Source of the DNA: Octopus vulgaris | Taxonomy: Eukaryota | NCBI GenBank assembly: GCA_951406725.2 | Contig: OX597814.1 | Coordinates: 154,442,001 to 154,506,000, forward strand | Direction of reading: 5' to 3' | Length of the DNA stretch: 64,000 bases | In this document: positions 41,496 through 54,085 of the stretch, piece after piece | How the letters are laid out: every line of letters starts with the position of its first letter | How positions within the stretch are numbered: position 1 is the first letter of the stretch | Translations under genes and position numbers: made by a program | The notes under the pieces: model-generated | What the model was told of the DNA's origin: nothing | The model's input: only the letters and a program-made list of their open reading frames with translations | The model's database searches: none

Positions 41496-42974
41496 CGATA
41501 AGTTTTGTTTTTATTGTTGAATTTAGTTTAATAGATTATTAGGATTTAGTTTTAATGCTTAAGGTATATAATTAAAATACCAATATACACTAAAAACAGA
41601 TAAATTAAAGTAATACAAATAAATTTAAGGACCTTTAATGGAAAATACATTTCACTATAATGCCATAGTATTTTATTAGTAGGAACAGTATTTCCATAGA
41701 CACCGTAATAAATCGTTGCCTCGGTTTCAAGCTTGTTGTCAACAGACGCGTTGAAGTCACACAGCTGTTTTGTTTCATTGAGTGTCTCTCTTGAAATAAG
41801 GAAATATTATTGTGATATCATTGACATGTTTGTCAAGCTAGAATGTAGGACTCATATAGTCGATGAACATGCTTGAAATAATAACCAAGTCTTCCTCAAA
41901 GTACACCCTGTTTTATTTACATTTAAAAATAGTGGCCGTGTGGTAAGAATTCTACTTGCCAACCACATAGTTCCGGGTTCGGACACCTTGGGCAAGTGCT
42001 TTCTTCTATATACCCGGGCCAACCAGAGCCTTGTGAGTGAATTTGGTATACGGAAATTAAAAGAGGGTCATCGAATGTATATATAGGGTGAGGTGGAATT
42101 AGTAACCCGGATAAAATGAATAGTTTCTCATTTCTCGTTATTCTCTACCTACCTGTTTTATATGATTAAATTGCGAGTAGTGCATCATCCTTCGGACTAA
42201 AAATTGGTCAGCATAGTTGTTGAAGTTTTAGAGAGTACAAATCGTAGGTGACAAGTACTTCTTATTTCAATAAATTTTCCCTCAACTTTGATCCAATTGT
42301 AATTAAATATCTGTAATTAAATATTCTTCTCTCAGTTGGATTCCAAGTCATTTCCCCCCTACACTAATGTCTAATTTGATAATTTTTCAAGTTTCAAAGA
42401 AAAAAAAAATTACGTCTAAAATGGGGTAAAATGAGTAATGACTAATTTCAATAATTTCTTCTCTTTAACTGCATGGTGCGTAAATATATGGGGAAGAGAG
42501 CCACTCCAGAAGATCGTGAAGAATCTATGGAGAATATTTTATGTTGAGTTCTTTTTTTTTTTATTTAGTCGCGTTTCGTTAATTTCTTATCATGTACAAT
42601 TTTTCCATGATTCTCTTTCATATGAGCTAGATATTTTAATTTGATTTTGTATTTTTGATGTTTGGGGATGTATATCGATGTACACGAGTCTGTTTTCAAA
42701 TGTAATTCCGAAATATAGAAACAAAGTACTTTGGTTTACTCATTTTGCCCCACCTAAATTTGTCTTTTCGTATGCTGAAAGAGAACGGCAATAATTTCCT
42801 GCAATTATGATCAGGTCATGGTATAATGCTTGTGATGCATATAGAGTAGTCATTTGCTTAGCTAATATAGTTTTTGTAGGGTAGTGAACATTTGTTAAAA
42901 AAAAAAACATTGTCTCAAAGTCTAAAACGCAGCAAAAACTCCTCATTGTGCCCCACCAAATTACATAAAGACAG

Positions 42975-43342
42975 CTATGACTGGTCTGTGGGGTTACTCT
43001 GGGTTTCACGTCCATAAAGTGCTTAGCTTTATAACGTTTCTTCGGACCCTAATGGGTGGTGACCTATGACCTCTCTTCAAAATGAAGGGAGAAAAGACCT
43101 AGTTACTTGTTGACTTCTCGAATAAGCTCAAAGGATTGTCTCCCTTAGATCACTATCCGTGGTTGACGTTGTCGGCTTGTGGGTTCCAGGACTTCGGTAA
43201 AAATCACCTGAAGTGTAAGCATATCCGAAGTTTTCCATCCTAGAATTTAAGATGTTCTCGAGGTCGAGCGAGTCCCTTAATATTCTCGCCCGTTCAGCTA
43301 TGCACAGCTTGCTATTCTTGCTCCTGTTGATGTAGGAGCCCC
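42975..43342 (-). mobile_element. Penelope-like element 3' fragment
   Basis: Minus frame SYINRSKNSKLCIAERARILRDSLDLENILNSRME resembles the PLE C-terminal YxNxxKxCxLCxxE...LLNxRxE motif. Followed by a hammerhead. Confidence 0.65.
42990..43051 (-). ncRNA. Type I hammerhead ribozyme with long stem II (same family, U4C core variant)
   Basis: GGGU-CCGAAGA-a-ACGUUAUAAAG-cuaagca-CUUUAUG(G)ACGU-GAAA-CCC-a-GAGUA-ACCC. Confidence 0.7.
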
Positions 43343-43968
43343 GGTATATCTTCGTATATTGCTACTGTCGATGCTGTTTCTGTTGATGTTGACGCTGCTA
43401 CTTCCGCTGTTGCTGGTGCTGGCTGTTGAGCTGTTGAGCGAACTGTTTTCGTCCCAGAGCTCGCAAGATGGGAGAAGTCCGAAACGTGGTCCTTTGCTAT
43501 TCGTAAGATCCGCAGAAGAGAAAGCAGGTCAACCCCCGACACCGAGAGCATCGACGGATGGATGAATGCGCATCCAGGCTCAGCGGTTGCGTAGGAAGTC
43601 GGGGACAAGAAACAGGAAGAGAAAGTTGGAGCGAAAGAGTACAAGAGGGGTCGCCACCACCCCCTGTCGGAGCCTTGTGGAGCTTTAGGTATTTTCGCTC
43701 AATAAATTCACACAACGCCCGGTCTGGGAATCGAAACCGCAAGTCCGCTGCCTTAACCATTAGGTCATTGCGCCTCCATTGCTGGTGCTGGTGTTGCTAT
43801 TGGTGCTGTTGATGTTGGTACTGGTGTTGGTGTCGTTAATGCTGGTGTAGGGTCATCATCGGTGGTGGTGTTGATATAGTCATCGTCGTTGCTGATGTCG
43901 CTGTTACGGCGCTATATTGGTGGCGGCTGCTGTTGTCGCTGTTATTGTTGTTATTATTAGCATTATCG

Positions 43969-44345
43969 TGGAGGCGCAATGGCCCAGTGGTTAGGGCAGC
44001 GGACTCGCGGTCATAGGATCGCGGTTTCGATTCCCAGACCGGGCGTTGTGAGTGTTTATTGAGCGAAAACACCTAAAGCTCCACGAGGCTCCGGCGGGAT
44101 GGTGGTGATTCCCTGCTGTACTCTTTCACCACAACTTTCTCTCACTCTTACTTCCTGTTTCTGTTGTACCTGTATTTCAAAGGGCCGGCCTTGTCACTCT
44201 CTGTGTCACGCTGAATATACCCGAGAACTACGTTAAGGGTACACGTGTTTGTGGAGTGCTTACACGTTAATTTCACGAGCAGGCTGTTCCGTTGATTCGG
44301 ATCAACCGGAACCCTCATCGTCGTAACCGATGGAGTGCTTCCATA
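43969..44345 (+). mobile_element. Third tRNA-derived SINE family (full copy)
   Basis: tRNA-like head TGGCCCAGTGG...GGTTTCGATTCCC followed by a ~300-nt body. Related copies at ~43490-43778(-), 54440-54680(-) and 56430-56803(-). Confidence 0.85.
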
Positions 44346-44921
44346 TCCCCATTAGCATTATCATTAGCGATGCTGCTATTTCTGTTAGAGTTGCTGCTGT
44401 TGTCATTAGTATTGTCATTCCTGCTACTGTAGTAGTAGTTGAGAAAGCTGCTGCTGCTATTAGGGTCAGATATCACCTCAGCTTCCTAGACGACCCCCCC
44501 CTTGGTTTCGCATTGGCCACCAACTGGACATCTGCTGTAATCTCTGCATGAGCATCCCGCCTCCGCTCGTGGTCTAGGAGTGCTAACTAAAATACTCTTA
44601 GTACTGAGGGCGCAGCTAAAAGAGACTCTTAAGTTGTGTCGGTTGAATATGCGTCCGTATCTATGTGATTGCGTAAAGTGATTATCTAATATCCTAACTG
44701 CACACGTTTTTACGTTGTGGGAGAAGTGTCTGTGTGTGTGTAGGGGGGGGGGGGGGGGCAAATAATATTTCCTGGAGTCCACAAGCCAGCTACGTCGACT
44801 TCGGATAGGGGTGTCTGAGGGAGACACTCCTTTCTGCTTAACCATTTGTCCGAACGGTCAATAAGTAGATACGAGGGATTTCTGCCTTCACTATAAAAAG
44901 AGGTCATAGGCCACGTGCCGT

Positions 44922-44984
44922 TAGGATCTGAAGAAACGCTGTAAAGTTAACTGCTTTATGGGCGTGAAACTCAGGGTAACTTGC
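44922..44984 (+). ncRNA. Type I hammerhead ribozyme with long stem II (same family, weak stem I)
   Basis: CUGAAGA 44928-34, stem II ACGCUGUAAAG/CUUUAUG(G)GCGU, GAAA 44966-69, CUC-a-GGG-UA with the GUA triplet at 44976-78. Preceded by the shared AGAGGTCATAGG block. Confidence 0.7.
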
Positions 44985-45351
44985 ATAGACCGTCCATCGC
45001 TATCTTCAATTACTCTACTGCTCTATAACTTAGAATGTGCTTCTCTTTTGGATTTAGGATTTTGGGTAATTCCTTATCAGCGCTTTCATCCCATTCATCG
45101 AGCGTCCTCAGTTATGAGCAGTATTACTTTGTTTATCTACGCAAAATTTAGCAGTTTGGCAACAGACACAATAGAATAGGTACCAGACTTTAAAAAACAA
45201 GTGTTGGAATTAATTTGTTCAACTGAAACCCTTCAAGGAGATGTTCCAACATGGCCACAGTCTAATGACTAAAACAAGTAAATGATAAAAAATATGATAA
45301 ATAATAATTTGAATGGCACAACAATGCACTAAAAATAATAACAATGCTTGC

Positions 45352-45980
45352 ATCAGCCAGCAAGCCAATTGCAGGACCAGCCAGGTATCCAAAACCGGGC
45401 CAGCCAGCCAGCCAAGGCCAGGTCAGCCAGCAAGCCAAGTCCAGGACCAGCCAGGTATCCAAAACCGGGCCAGCCAACCAGCCAAGCCAGGTCAGCCATG
45501 AAGCCAATGGCAGGACCAACCAGGTATCCAAAACCGGGCCAGCCAACCAAGGCCATGCCAGCCAGCAAGCCAGGACCAGGGCCAGCCAGGTATCCAAACC
45601 GGGCCAGCCAACCAGCCAAGGCCAGGCCAGCCAGCAAGCCAATTCCAGGACCAGCCAGGTATCCAAAACCGGGCCAGCCAAGGCCAGGTCAGCCAGCAAG
45701 CCAATTGCAGGACCAGCCAGGTATCCAAAACCGGGCCAGCCAAGGTCAGGTCAGCCAGCAAGCCAATTGCAGGACCAGCCAGGTATCCAAAACTGGGCCA
45801 GCCAACCAGCCAAGGCCTAGGCCATTTTCCAGTCAGCAAGCCAAGTCCAGGAGCAGCAAGGTATCCAAAACCGGGCCAGCCAGCCAGCCTAGGCCAGTTT
45901 CTAGCCAGCCAGCCAGCCAGCCTAGGCCAGTTTCCAGCCAGCCAGCCAAGACCAGGCCAGCCAACCAACCAGCCAGCCAA
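45352..45980. repeat. GC-rich minisatellite, ~55-66-bp unit, about 9 copies
   Basis: Recurring aggaccagccaggtatccaaaaccgggccagcc built on a (CCAG)n scaffold. Confidence 0.95.
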
Positions 45981-47437
45981 GTTCAATCAACTGAACTATT
46001 TGCAGAGCAGCTTTTGAAACTCGGTGAAGGGAGTATTGTAATTTATCAAGAGCAGTTTCTTACACTCAATCCAATATGTAATTCAGCTGATTCTGTCGAT
46101 GATGTGGTTGCTGAAATCTTTCCGAATCTTCTTCATAATTACAACAATACAAACTGGATCTGTGAGTGAGCTATCCTGGCTCCAAAAAAATGTTGCTGTA
46201 AATAGAATTAATATGCTATTGAATAAACTTTGAGGAGAAGTATTCATTTATAATTCAATTGTCAGTGTTGTTGATGATCAGGATAGGGTTAACTACCCCA
46301 TCGAATTTTTGAACTCACTAGAGCCACCGGGTACAGCTCCTCTTTGTCTTCAGCTGAAAAAAGGGACTCCTATTATGCTATTGCGTAATTTGTCTCAACC
46401 AAAATTACGCAGTGATACGAGACTAATTGTGCACGGACTTATGAGGAACTGCATTCTCTTCACTCTTTTACTCTTTTACTTGTTTCAGTCATTTGACTGC
46501 GGCCATGCTGGAGCACCGCCTTTAGTCGAGCAAATCGACCCCAGGACTTATTCTTTGTAAGCCTAGTACTTATTCTATCGGTCTCTTTTGCCGAACCGCT
46601 AAGTTACGGGGACGTAGACACACCAGCATCGGTTGTCAAGCGATGCTGGGGCTGGGGGTGGAGGACAAACACAGACACACAAACACACAAACACATACAC
46701 ACACATACATATAAATATATACATATATACGACGGGCTTCTTTCAGTTTCCGTCTACAAGGGTTTGGTCGGCCCGAGGCTATAGTAGAAGACACTTGCCC
46801 AAGGTGCCATGCAGTGGAACTGAACCCGGAACCATGTGGTTCGTAAGCAAGCTACTTACCACACAGTAAATATTCTCACTGGTTGCGGTAAATTTGAGAC
46901 AGCCTTCATTCCTCGCATACCAGTTATACAATCTAATGTCCCATTCCAATTTAAACGGTTATAGTTTTCTATCCGAGTTTCTTTTGCCATGAGCATTAAT
47001 AAAAGTTAGGGCCAAACATTAAAAGATGCTGGATTACAACTTGAAGAACCATGTTTTTCATATGACCAGCTTTATGTAGGTGCAGCACGTGTAGGAACAA
47101 AAGCAAATCGTTTTGCTTATGTACCCAAAATAAAACAAAAAATCATTGTTTATCAAGAAATATTTACTCTTAATGCAACATGAATACTTCAATAACTCAA
47201 TTTGCCATTACTTTCATTACATTCAAGAATGAATAAACTACCTATTTAAATGAAGTGTATTATATAATCGCCATTAGTGAATTGATAAATAAAAAACACA
47301 TACAACTCACTTATTATTGTCATATAATAAACAAACAGAAGTTCGTGTATGGAACTGATTTTTTTCTACTTCAATTATTACGTTGTTTTGTTATAAAATA
47401 CACACATATAGGAGGAGTAAATTATATACAGTAATAC

Positions 47438-47670
47438 AAGGCGGCGAGCTGGCAGAAACGTTAGCACGCCAAGTGAAATGCGTAGCCGTATTTCGTCTAC
47501 CGTTACGTTCTGAGTTCAAATTCCGCCGAGGTCGACTTTGCTTTTCATCCTTTCGGGGTCGATTAAATAAGTACCAGTTACGCACTGGGGTCGATATAAT
47601 CGACTTAATCCCTTTGTCTGTCCTTGTTTGTCCCCTCTGTGTTTGGCCCCTTGTGGGTAGTAAAGAAATA
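47438..47670 (+). mobile_element. Second SINE family with Nin/Deu-like central domain (representative copy)
   Basis: GAGTTCAAATTCC B box followed by gactttgcYtttcatcctttcggggtcgat...aagtaccag. Copies at about 1614-2212(-, three stacked), 3056-3275(+), 21541-21778(-), 22785-23018(-), 49834-49955(+), 58058-58222(+), 59806-60028(-), 61478-61710(-), 63433-63655(+). Confidence 0.88.
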
Positions 47671-47676
47671 TATATA

Positions 47677-47870
47677 CAGTAATCCCTCTATTATCGCAGG
47701 TGTTACGTTCCAAAAGCCACCGCGATAGGTGAAAATTCGCGAAGTAGAAACAGTATTGTACTTAAATCCTTAAAAATGTTTTAGCCCGAAGGCCGCGGCC
47801 ATAAGACAACACCACAGAGGAATCATCGTAAACTCAAATAATAAACCGTGATAGGCGAACTGCGATTACT
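47677..47870. mobile_element. pogo/Tigger-like MITE fragment
   Basis: TA|CAGTAATCCCTC left end with repeated ccgYgatagg subterminal motifs. Right TIR decayed. Confidence 0.5.
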
Positions 47871-47949
47871 GCATTTAATAATACTTTGAATGTGGTTCCC
47901 GAGAAAGAGTAAAAGTAATTACCCGAACAACGACAAGTATTACTGCTAG

Positions 47950-47987
<38 letters not shown>

Positions 47988-48097
47988 ATACATAATGGGA
48001 CAAGAACGCAAAACTTCCGGACAACTAGGTGATACAAAAAGGGACAACAAAGCATCCAGATAGACGATATAAAGAAAACAAGGACGGGTCATTCGAA

Positions 48098-48191
48098 GCT
48101 TTCTATCTACAGTCAAGAACCAGATTATCCTCGCAATTTCGGCTGATTATTCTTGAGATTGCTCCAATCTGGCCAGCCCCAAGGAAAAAAC
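48098..48191 (-). ncRNA. Non-circularly permuted hammerhead candidate, copy B (core CUGUAGA, probably A6U-inactivated)
   Basis: Minus strand reads GGCUG-g-CCAGAUU-gga-GCAAU-C-UCAAGAA-uaau-CAGCC-GAA-AUUGC-gaggau-AAUCUGG-UUCUUGA-CUGUAGA. All four helices pair perfectly. Confidence 0.7.
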
Positions 48192-49489
48192 GTGAAGAAG
48201 ACTATGATGTCAAATGACTCCTTCACTCGTTTAAGACGGTTAAGTGATGATCCTCAACTGATTTTGATTTCGTCGTGCGGTGGAAATTAATTAAAAAAAA
48301 AAAAGATCACTTGTACACTTCCCATGTAAACTTTCGGGCAATAAATATATAGAAAACAATTTGCTTACCTAGTTATGTTTATGATATTTGAATAATTATA
48401 AAATTATAAGTAATTTGTTTTTCAAGTGACCTTAATATTATATTTTGAAGAAAACTGGCGTACTGGTTGAGGATCAACTGCGATAAAATGTGCTGTACAT
48501 TTGGTTACTAGTCATATGACACTGTGCAGCTTCCTTGTTGATTCGCATATTTGTTTCCTGGTTCACTGGCTTAGATTAAATTTCCCTAGTCAAAGTACAA
48601 GATAGACTCCCCGATTTTGGTTACTATCATATTTAATTTCATGATCAGAAAATGAAAGTGGGAATAACGCCACTATTGGGCAATGTCTAGCCTCGCCCAT
48701 CGCTTTTATTTAACCCAAGGTTATGTCTGGATGGTCACACATGTAATCAAATGTGTTCCAGTCATGATCATACCTATTTTTTTACTGCCCTCAAGGGGCT
48801 AAACACAGAGAGGACATACCATCGTTCCTTCAGACCTTTCGCTTACAAGACAACATTATTCAACGTGTCCTTGTTTTTTAAGATAGTTGGGTATGGTGAC
48901 ATGAGTTTCGTACCTATTTCTAATAAGTTAGGTGACGACACCGAAGTTCCCTTATGTTTTCGGTGTCAGTAAATAAAATATGCATTGGTCATTATTTGTC
49001 ACTCAAAGCTACCAATAAAAAATGTTGTCGCTTACAACAAATAAGTTTTGAAAAAAAATTACATAAATAAAAAGTAAAAAAAAAACAAACGGTGTGACAG
49101 TTAGTCACTATGATTGCTTTGACACGATTAAGTAGTTTTACTTCCTGCCATTGAATTCTAACTTACAAACTAATACCATTTTCGGTTACTCCTCATCTCT
49201 CTCTCTCTTTCTTTTTCTCTCCCTCTCTCTCTGTCACACACACACACACACACACACATACACACACACACACAGTATGTACGCACATACATGCATGCAG
49301 ACGCATGTAAATATAGGAATGCTACTTTGGCGGGCGGGTGTCTGTATACATACATAAAAGTTACGGTGTTATAGCTCAATTGATTAGGAAGAGAATTAAA
49401 CTAGGCGAGAAGCAGTTTATTTTTTGTACAAGGATGAAATACTATTGATGTCATCTTCCTTATGAGACACTCACAGGAAAAATAATGTG

Positions 49490-49805
49490 CCACAAGTAAA
49501 TGTCTATCAGTAGACCTCGAGAAAGTCTTTGACAAGGTTCCACATTCTGTAATCTCATAGAGGCATATGAAATAACATGTTTAAGAGTGACGAGTGAAAA
49601 TTGCACAACCCCTGTACAGAGGCAGACAGCAAGGCTAGAGTTTAAAATGTTAATAATGAATATCGATTAATTTAGTGTCAAGGTAACCTCATTTGTCAGT
49701 CTCTTTTGTTCATTATAATTCCCCAAGCCATAACCAAGGAGTCTAAGACCGCCTGTTTTAGGAAACTCCTATATGCTGACGATTCAGTTCTTTTGGTCGA
49801 ATCCG
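49490..49805 (+). mobile_element. Degenerate RTE RT fragment
   Basis: VDLEKVFDKVP and LLYADD remnants, colinear with 37060-37370. Confidence 0.7.
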
Positions 49806-50471
49806 TGACTATTCTGTCATTTAGTGGTATTACTTCGGGTCGATAAATTAAGTACCAGTTACACATTGGGGTCGATATAATCGACTTAATCCGTTTGTCT
49901 GTCCTTGTTTGTCCCCTCTGTGTTTAGTCCCTCGTGGGTAGTAAAGAAATAGGTATTACTTCGGCCAATGCTTTCTCTGCCAAACCATTGATTACTAATC
50001 GTACTCCTCCTGCTGCAGCACCATTAGTACTTTTCCATGCACTTATGCACTTGTTGTTATTAGTGTGCAGCTTTCAAGTCGTTCAATGAGAGTAGGATCT
50101 TCATGCACTTTCTTGTGTTCAACTACTCCAAGGATGTTTAGTTATTATAAACAGAATAAGGCATAAACAAAACAATATTTACATGTATATAATATGTATA
50201 TATTCGGCATTACAATACAAAGTTGATTTCCTGTTGTCGAGAATTGTGTAACGGGAATAGGTTGCTTCTTGCACTTTTAGGGTGCAACTGGTGCATTCCA
50301 ATTTCCGTTGCTTAAATTTCCAGATTCTACCAGTCAAAGAACTCAAAACGCAACAGTAAAAATATATACTCTTTATTGTTCTTATAACAGATAGAACTAA
50401 GGTGGTATATTTGGTTCCACTTGGTATTTGGATGTGGCAAGGCTGAACTTTAACGCTTGTAAGAAACTTAC

Positions 50472-51020
50472 AAGTAGTTCAGCATCAAAACAGAGCTGGT
50501 CAAATATGGCGTCCTTAGAGAGCGAAGAAAATACGCGTCTGCAACAATTTGGTGTGGGTAGCCTTCTATCAGACTGCTACGGGGATTAGTTGATCACACG
50601 TATGAAAATACGTGCTTTCCCTTCGGTCGCTGTGCCTCAAGTCATTCTGCTCACTGCTGCTATGCGTCTCCCTGTACCCTTTCTGGTCAAGGGTTTACGC
50701 TCCCTTGCCTATCAGCTAAATGCTACATCATCTTTCCCTTCTTCCGGTCTTCGCGCATGCGCGAGAGGGCGTTGCGCGCGCGCGCTGCTGGATAGCGTCA
50801 CTACAATTGTATACAAAGTATGTTATGCAAAAACATGAAGGAAAGCGAAATAGTTTCGTATATTGTCTGAGTTAGCTGTACTCAAGGGTTCAGTACTTCT
50901 ACTTTTTATAAACCCTAGCAAATCTTCTAGAACCTTCGGATATACAATTTGGCGGGAATTTACGCAACGTTTTTTCAAGTCTATTACCCTAAATTATTAT
51001 ATATTGGCTGATATTGATTG
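50472..51020 (-). promoter_or_regulatory. CpG-rich promoter-like cluster plus candidate non-coding first exon (~50740 to 50472)
   Basis: 14-bp palindrome TCGCGCATGCGCGA (NRF1-type, 50751-50764), ETS-like CTTCCGG (50741), YY1-like AATATGGCG (50503-50511), HSE TTCnnGAAnnTTC (50925-50937), E2F-like TTTGGCGGGAA (50948-50958), ATTGG boxes, and a minus-strand donor |GTAAGT at 50471. Confidence 0.5.
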
Positions 51021-51480
51021 GTCGAGAACCTTTACATGGGCGTTCATGCATTTTATGGCTATATAATTAGGTTCAAAGAGCTGATCCTGCTTTTTATCGA
51101 AATATAATCAAGTCGTGGTTCGAAAATGGGAATATGAGCGAGGTGGTTCTAATCTAGCCGGAGTGTCGCTACAGGCTTTTGCATTTAAATAAAAAGTAGA
51201 TTGTATGATGCTTGTATATATTTTAAGGGAATTGAACGTAGGTTTTGAATGGAATGGATTTATGAACACTGGAAAGAAATGTAGTGAGTATGCTTCCCTG
51301 GATAAAAAAAGAATATAAGGCGCAGGAGTGGCTGTGTGGTAAGTAGCTTGCTAAACAACCACATGGTTCCGGGTTCAGTCCCACTGCGTGACATCTTGGG
51401 CAAGTGTCTTCTGCTATAGCCCCGGGCTGACCAAAGCCTAATGAGTGGATTTGGTAGACGGAAACTGAAAGAAGCCTGTC

Positions 51481-51512
<32 letters not shown>

Positions 51513-51516
<4 letters not shown>

Positions 51517-52598
51517 ACGAACCTGCCGTCGCTCAAACTCGAACCCGGGACCCTACTAAGTCGAGCGACGACGATTGACTAGGCTCAGTCGAACCGGGAA
51601 TCCGCCACAGAGAGAAAACTGTGGTGGGGGACGGCAGCGAACTCGAACACCGGTGACCGGAGATAACAACAACAACAACAACAACAACAACATCAGGAGG
51701 AAGAGATAGAGAGACAGCGGAAGGCAATTGCTTACGTTTAAGAACAGTTTATACAATTATTACGACATCAAATAAAATGTGATACATAGCAGATACGTTA
51801 AAGAAAATAACATGAAACAGAATTAAAAAGAAAACAACAAAATCATTTAAACATAACACGTCGTTCGAAAACAATCAAAGGCATGCACGATACAGAACGT
51901 CCGAAGCAATCGAAACAAATGTTCAGTGCAATACAGTTCGGATCAATGTTCTACATTAAAGTCTTTCTCTTTCTTTTTTTCCTTCCTCTTTAACACAATT
52001 CACAATGTTCTTTATAATTTCATTTCTTTTCTTCCTCTTTTCCTTCTTTCTTTTTTTTCACTATTCTTTTTTTTTGCATTTCACATCAAAACATACCGTT
52101 ACAAGCTCCTACTACAATAGCCAATGCCTTCACGCCGTAATCTCTCTCTTTCGCTCTACATGTCCCCAATGCTATCTATCTGTCTTTCTCAACGTTGTCA
52201 TCCTCTCGCTTGTCATCTCTCACATTCACTGTCTGTCTTTCTCAACGTTGTCGTTGCCTCTCGCCATCGCTACCTTCTTGGCTGACCGTCCGTATCACTG
52301 CCGTCTTTTGCCAATTCACTGTCTCAGGCAGAACTGACCTGTTGCCATCTCACTGTCTCGGGCAGAACTGACTTGTTGCCATCTCACTGTCTCAGGCAGA
52401 ACTGCCAAACTAACCCAGCTGGTCGCATTTTAAAGGGTGGTTTCTTAAACTTTCCCTGACCGGAAAAGGGTCAGATGTCTCTTCCAAACCCATTAATCTC
52501 TCCAGAAACCGACAGGACAAAGGCTTTATCCGTCTGCCTGGCGCCAAACCACGAAACCAGGCCACAAGCACTCTGTTTCTCAACTGACCTCCATATCA
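51513..52598. mobile_element. Solo LTR (~1.09 kb) inserted in a SINE (TA)n tract
   Basis: TG...CA termini (TGTTACG / CATATCA) with ATAT on both sides. Splits a SINE cleanly (51318-51512 and 52599-52850). Three ~32-bp internal repeats at ~52316-52405. Confidence 0.75.
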
Positions 52599-53849
52599 AT
52601 ATATATATATATGTATGTGTGTGTGTGTGTGTTTGTGTGTCTGTGTTTGCCCCTCTAGTATTGCTTGACAACCTATGCTGGTGTGTTTACGTCCCCGTCA
52701 CTTAGCGGTTCGGCAAAAGAGACCGATAGAATAAGTACTGGGCTTACAAAGAATAAGTCCCGGGGTCGATTTGCTCGACTAAAGGCGGTGCTCCAGCATG
52801 ACCGCAGTCAAATGACTGAAACAAGTAAACGAGTAAAAAAGAGTAAGAGTATGTACGAACGACGAAAGAACTGAGAGAAAACCTAAGAAAAATCAACCCC
52901 ATACCAGCTTGGTATGATGCAAGAAAGTAGATATGTGATGGATGTAGAAGAGGACAGGTGTATGAATATAGAGAATGACGACTGTATAATGGCACTTATA
53001 AAAGAGAGGAAACCGAGAAGACTTGGAATATATGCAATATTTTAGGTACCTTTTGTGCTGCTAATCATCGATCTCCCTCTCACGGATCATATTATTTTGA
53101 CATCTATCACACTTTTACCATCATCAATTTTTGCAAATATCTTTCCCTTGCTTTCCAATTAGCCTTGCCATAATGCCTTGATATTACGCTCTGCCATTGC
53201 TTTCTCTTCCATTACCCCTCCGAGCACTGTTTCCTTCTCTCTCCTCTTCCACGCTGTTGCTTTAATCATTTTTATCTAACACTTCATGCTGTTACTTCAT
53301 TTTTCGCTTTTCACTTATTATCTCCCTTCCTTCTACTCACTCTGTTAATCAAATTGACTGTTGCGAAGGGGGACAACATTGAACAGTCGGGATCCATTTT
53401 GTCTAGCAGGGTGAAAAGTAACTACAATAGCATTGGTACCAAGGTAAAATGCATCTAGTACACTCTGTGAAATCGTTGACGAATAAATAAAGACAATGAA
53501 GAATTGGAAGGATCCATCAGTTTTGTCTTGTTGAGGAGATGATAATTCCTCGAATACTGGCTTTACGTTAAGATGCATCTAGTAAATTCTGAAAATCGGT
53601 TATTATTAAGGACTTCAAGCTGTAGAAAGAAGGCAAAAGTTTGAGTGTACACTCGAGAAGTGGTCTCTTTTCCATCTAGAAGGACTGTAACTCCAAATAA
53701 GAATAACTGTCTATAATAACTAATCAACCCCATACCAGCTTGGTATAATGATGATGATGTATTTATGAATACATATGTATGTAAGCTTAAATGTAAATAC
53801 GTGGATATATGATATTATATATTATACATCCACATACATATTGTGCGTG

Positions 53850-53851
53850 TC

Positions 53852-53930
<79 letters not shown>

Positions 53931-53989
53931 ATATATATATGTATGTATATATATATGTATATATGTATGTGTATATGTATATGTATATA

Positions 53990-54032
<43 letters not shown>

Positions 54033-54085
54033 GTATATATATATATATTTATTTATTTATATATATATTTATTTATTTATATATA
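53850..54085. repeat. Poly-T followed by (TA)n/(TATG)n low-complexity tract
   Basis: Direct reading. Other long (TA)n tracts at ~21146, 26285, 36582, 60223, 61946 and 63126. Confidence 0.95.

Larger units (their letters stand above)
45985..47949 (+). mobile_element. Helitron remnant with PIF1-like helicase pseudogene, interrupted by two SINEs and a pogo-type MITE
   Basis: [62 protein letters not shown] and QLYVG motifs with stops and frameshifts. 3' terminus CTAG|T at 47946-47950. Confidence 0.9.

Noticed and set aside
43969-44045. tRNA gene
   Set aside because: The tRNA-like head continues into a multi-copy SINE body and has no proper acceptor stem. The same applies to the other A/B-box heads.
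45262-46169. Long overlapping ORFs up to 273 aa, or a CRISPR-like array
   Set aside because: This is a tandem minisatellite without unique spacers or cas genes in eukaryotic DNA; the open frames follow from its composition.
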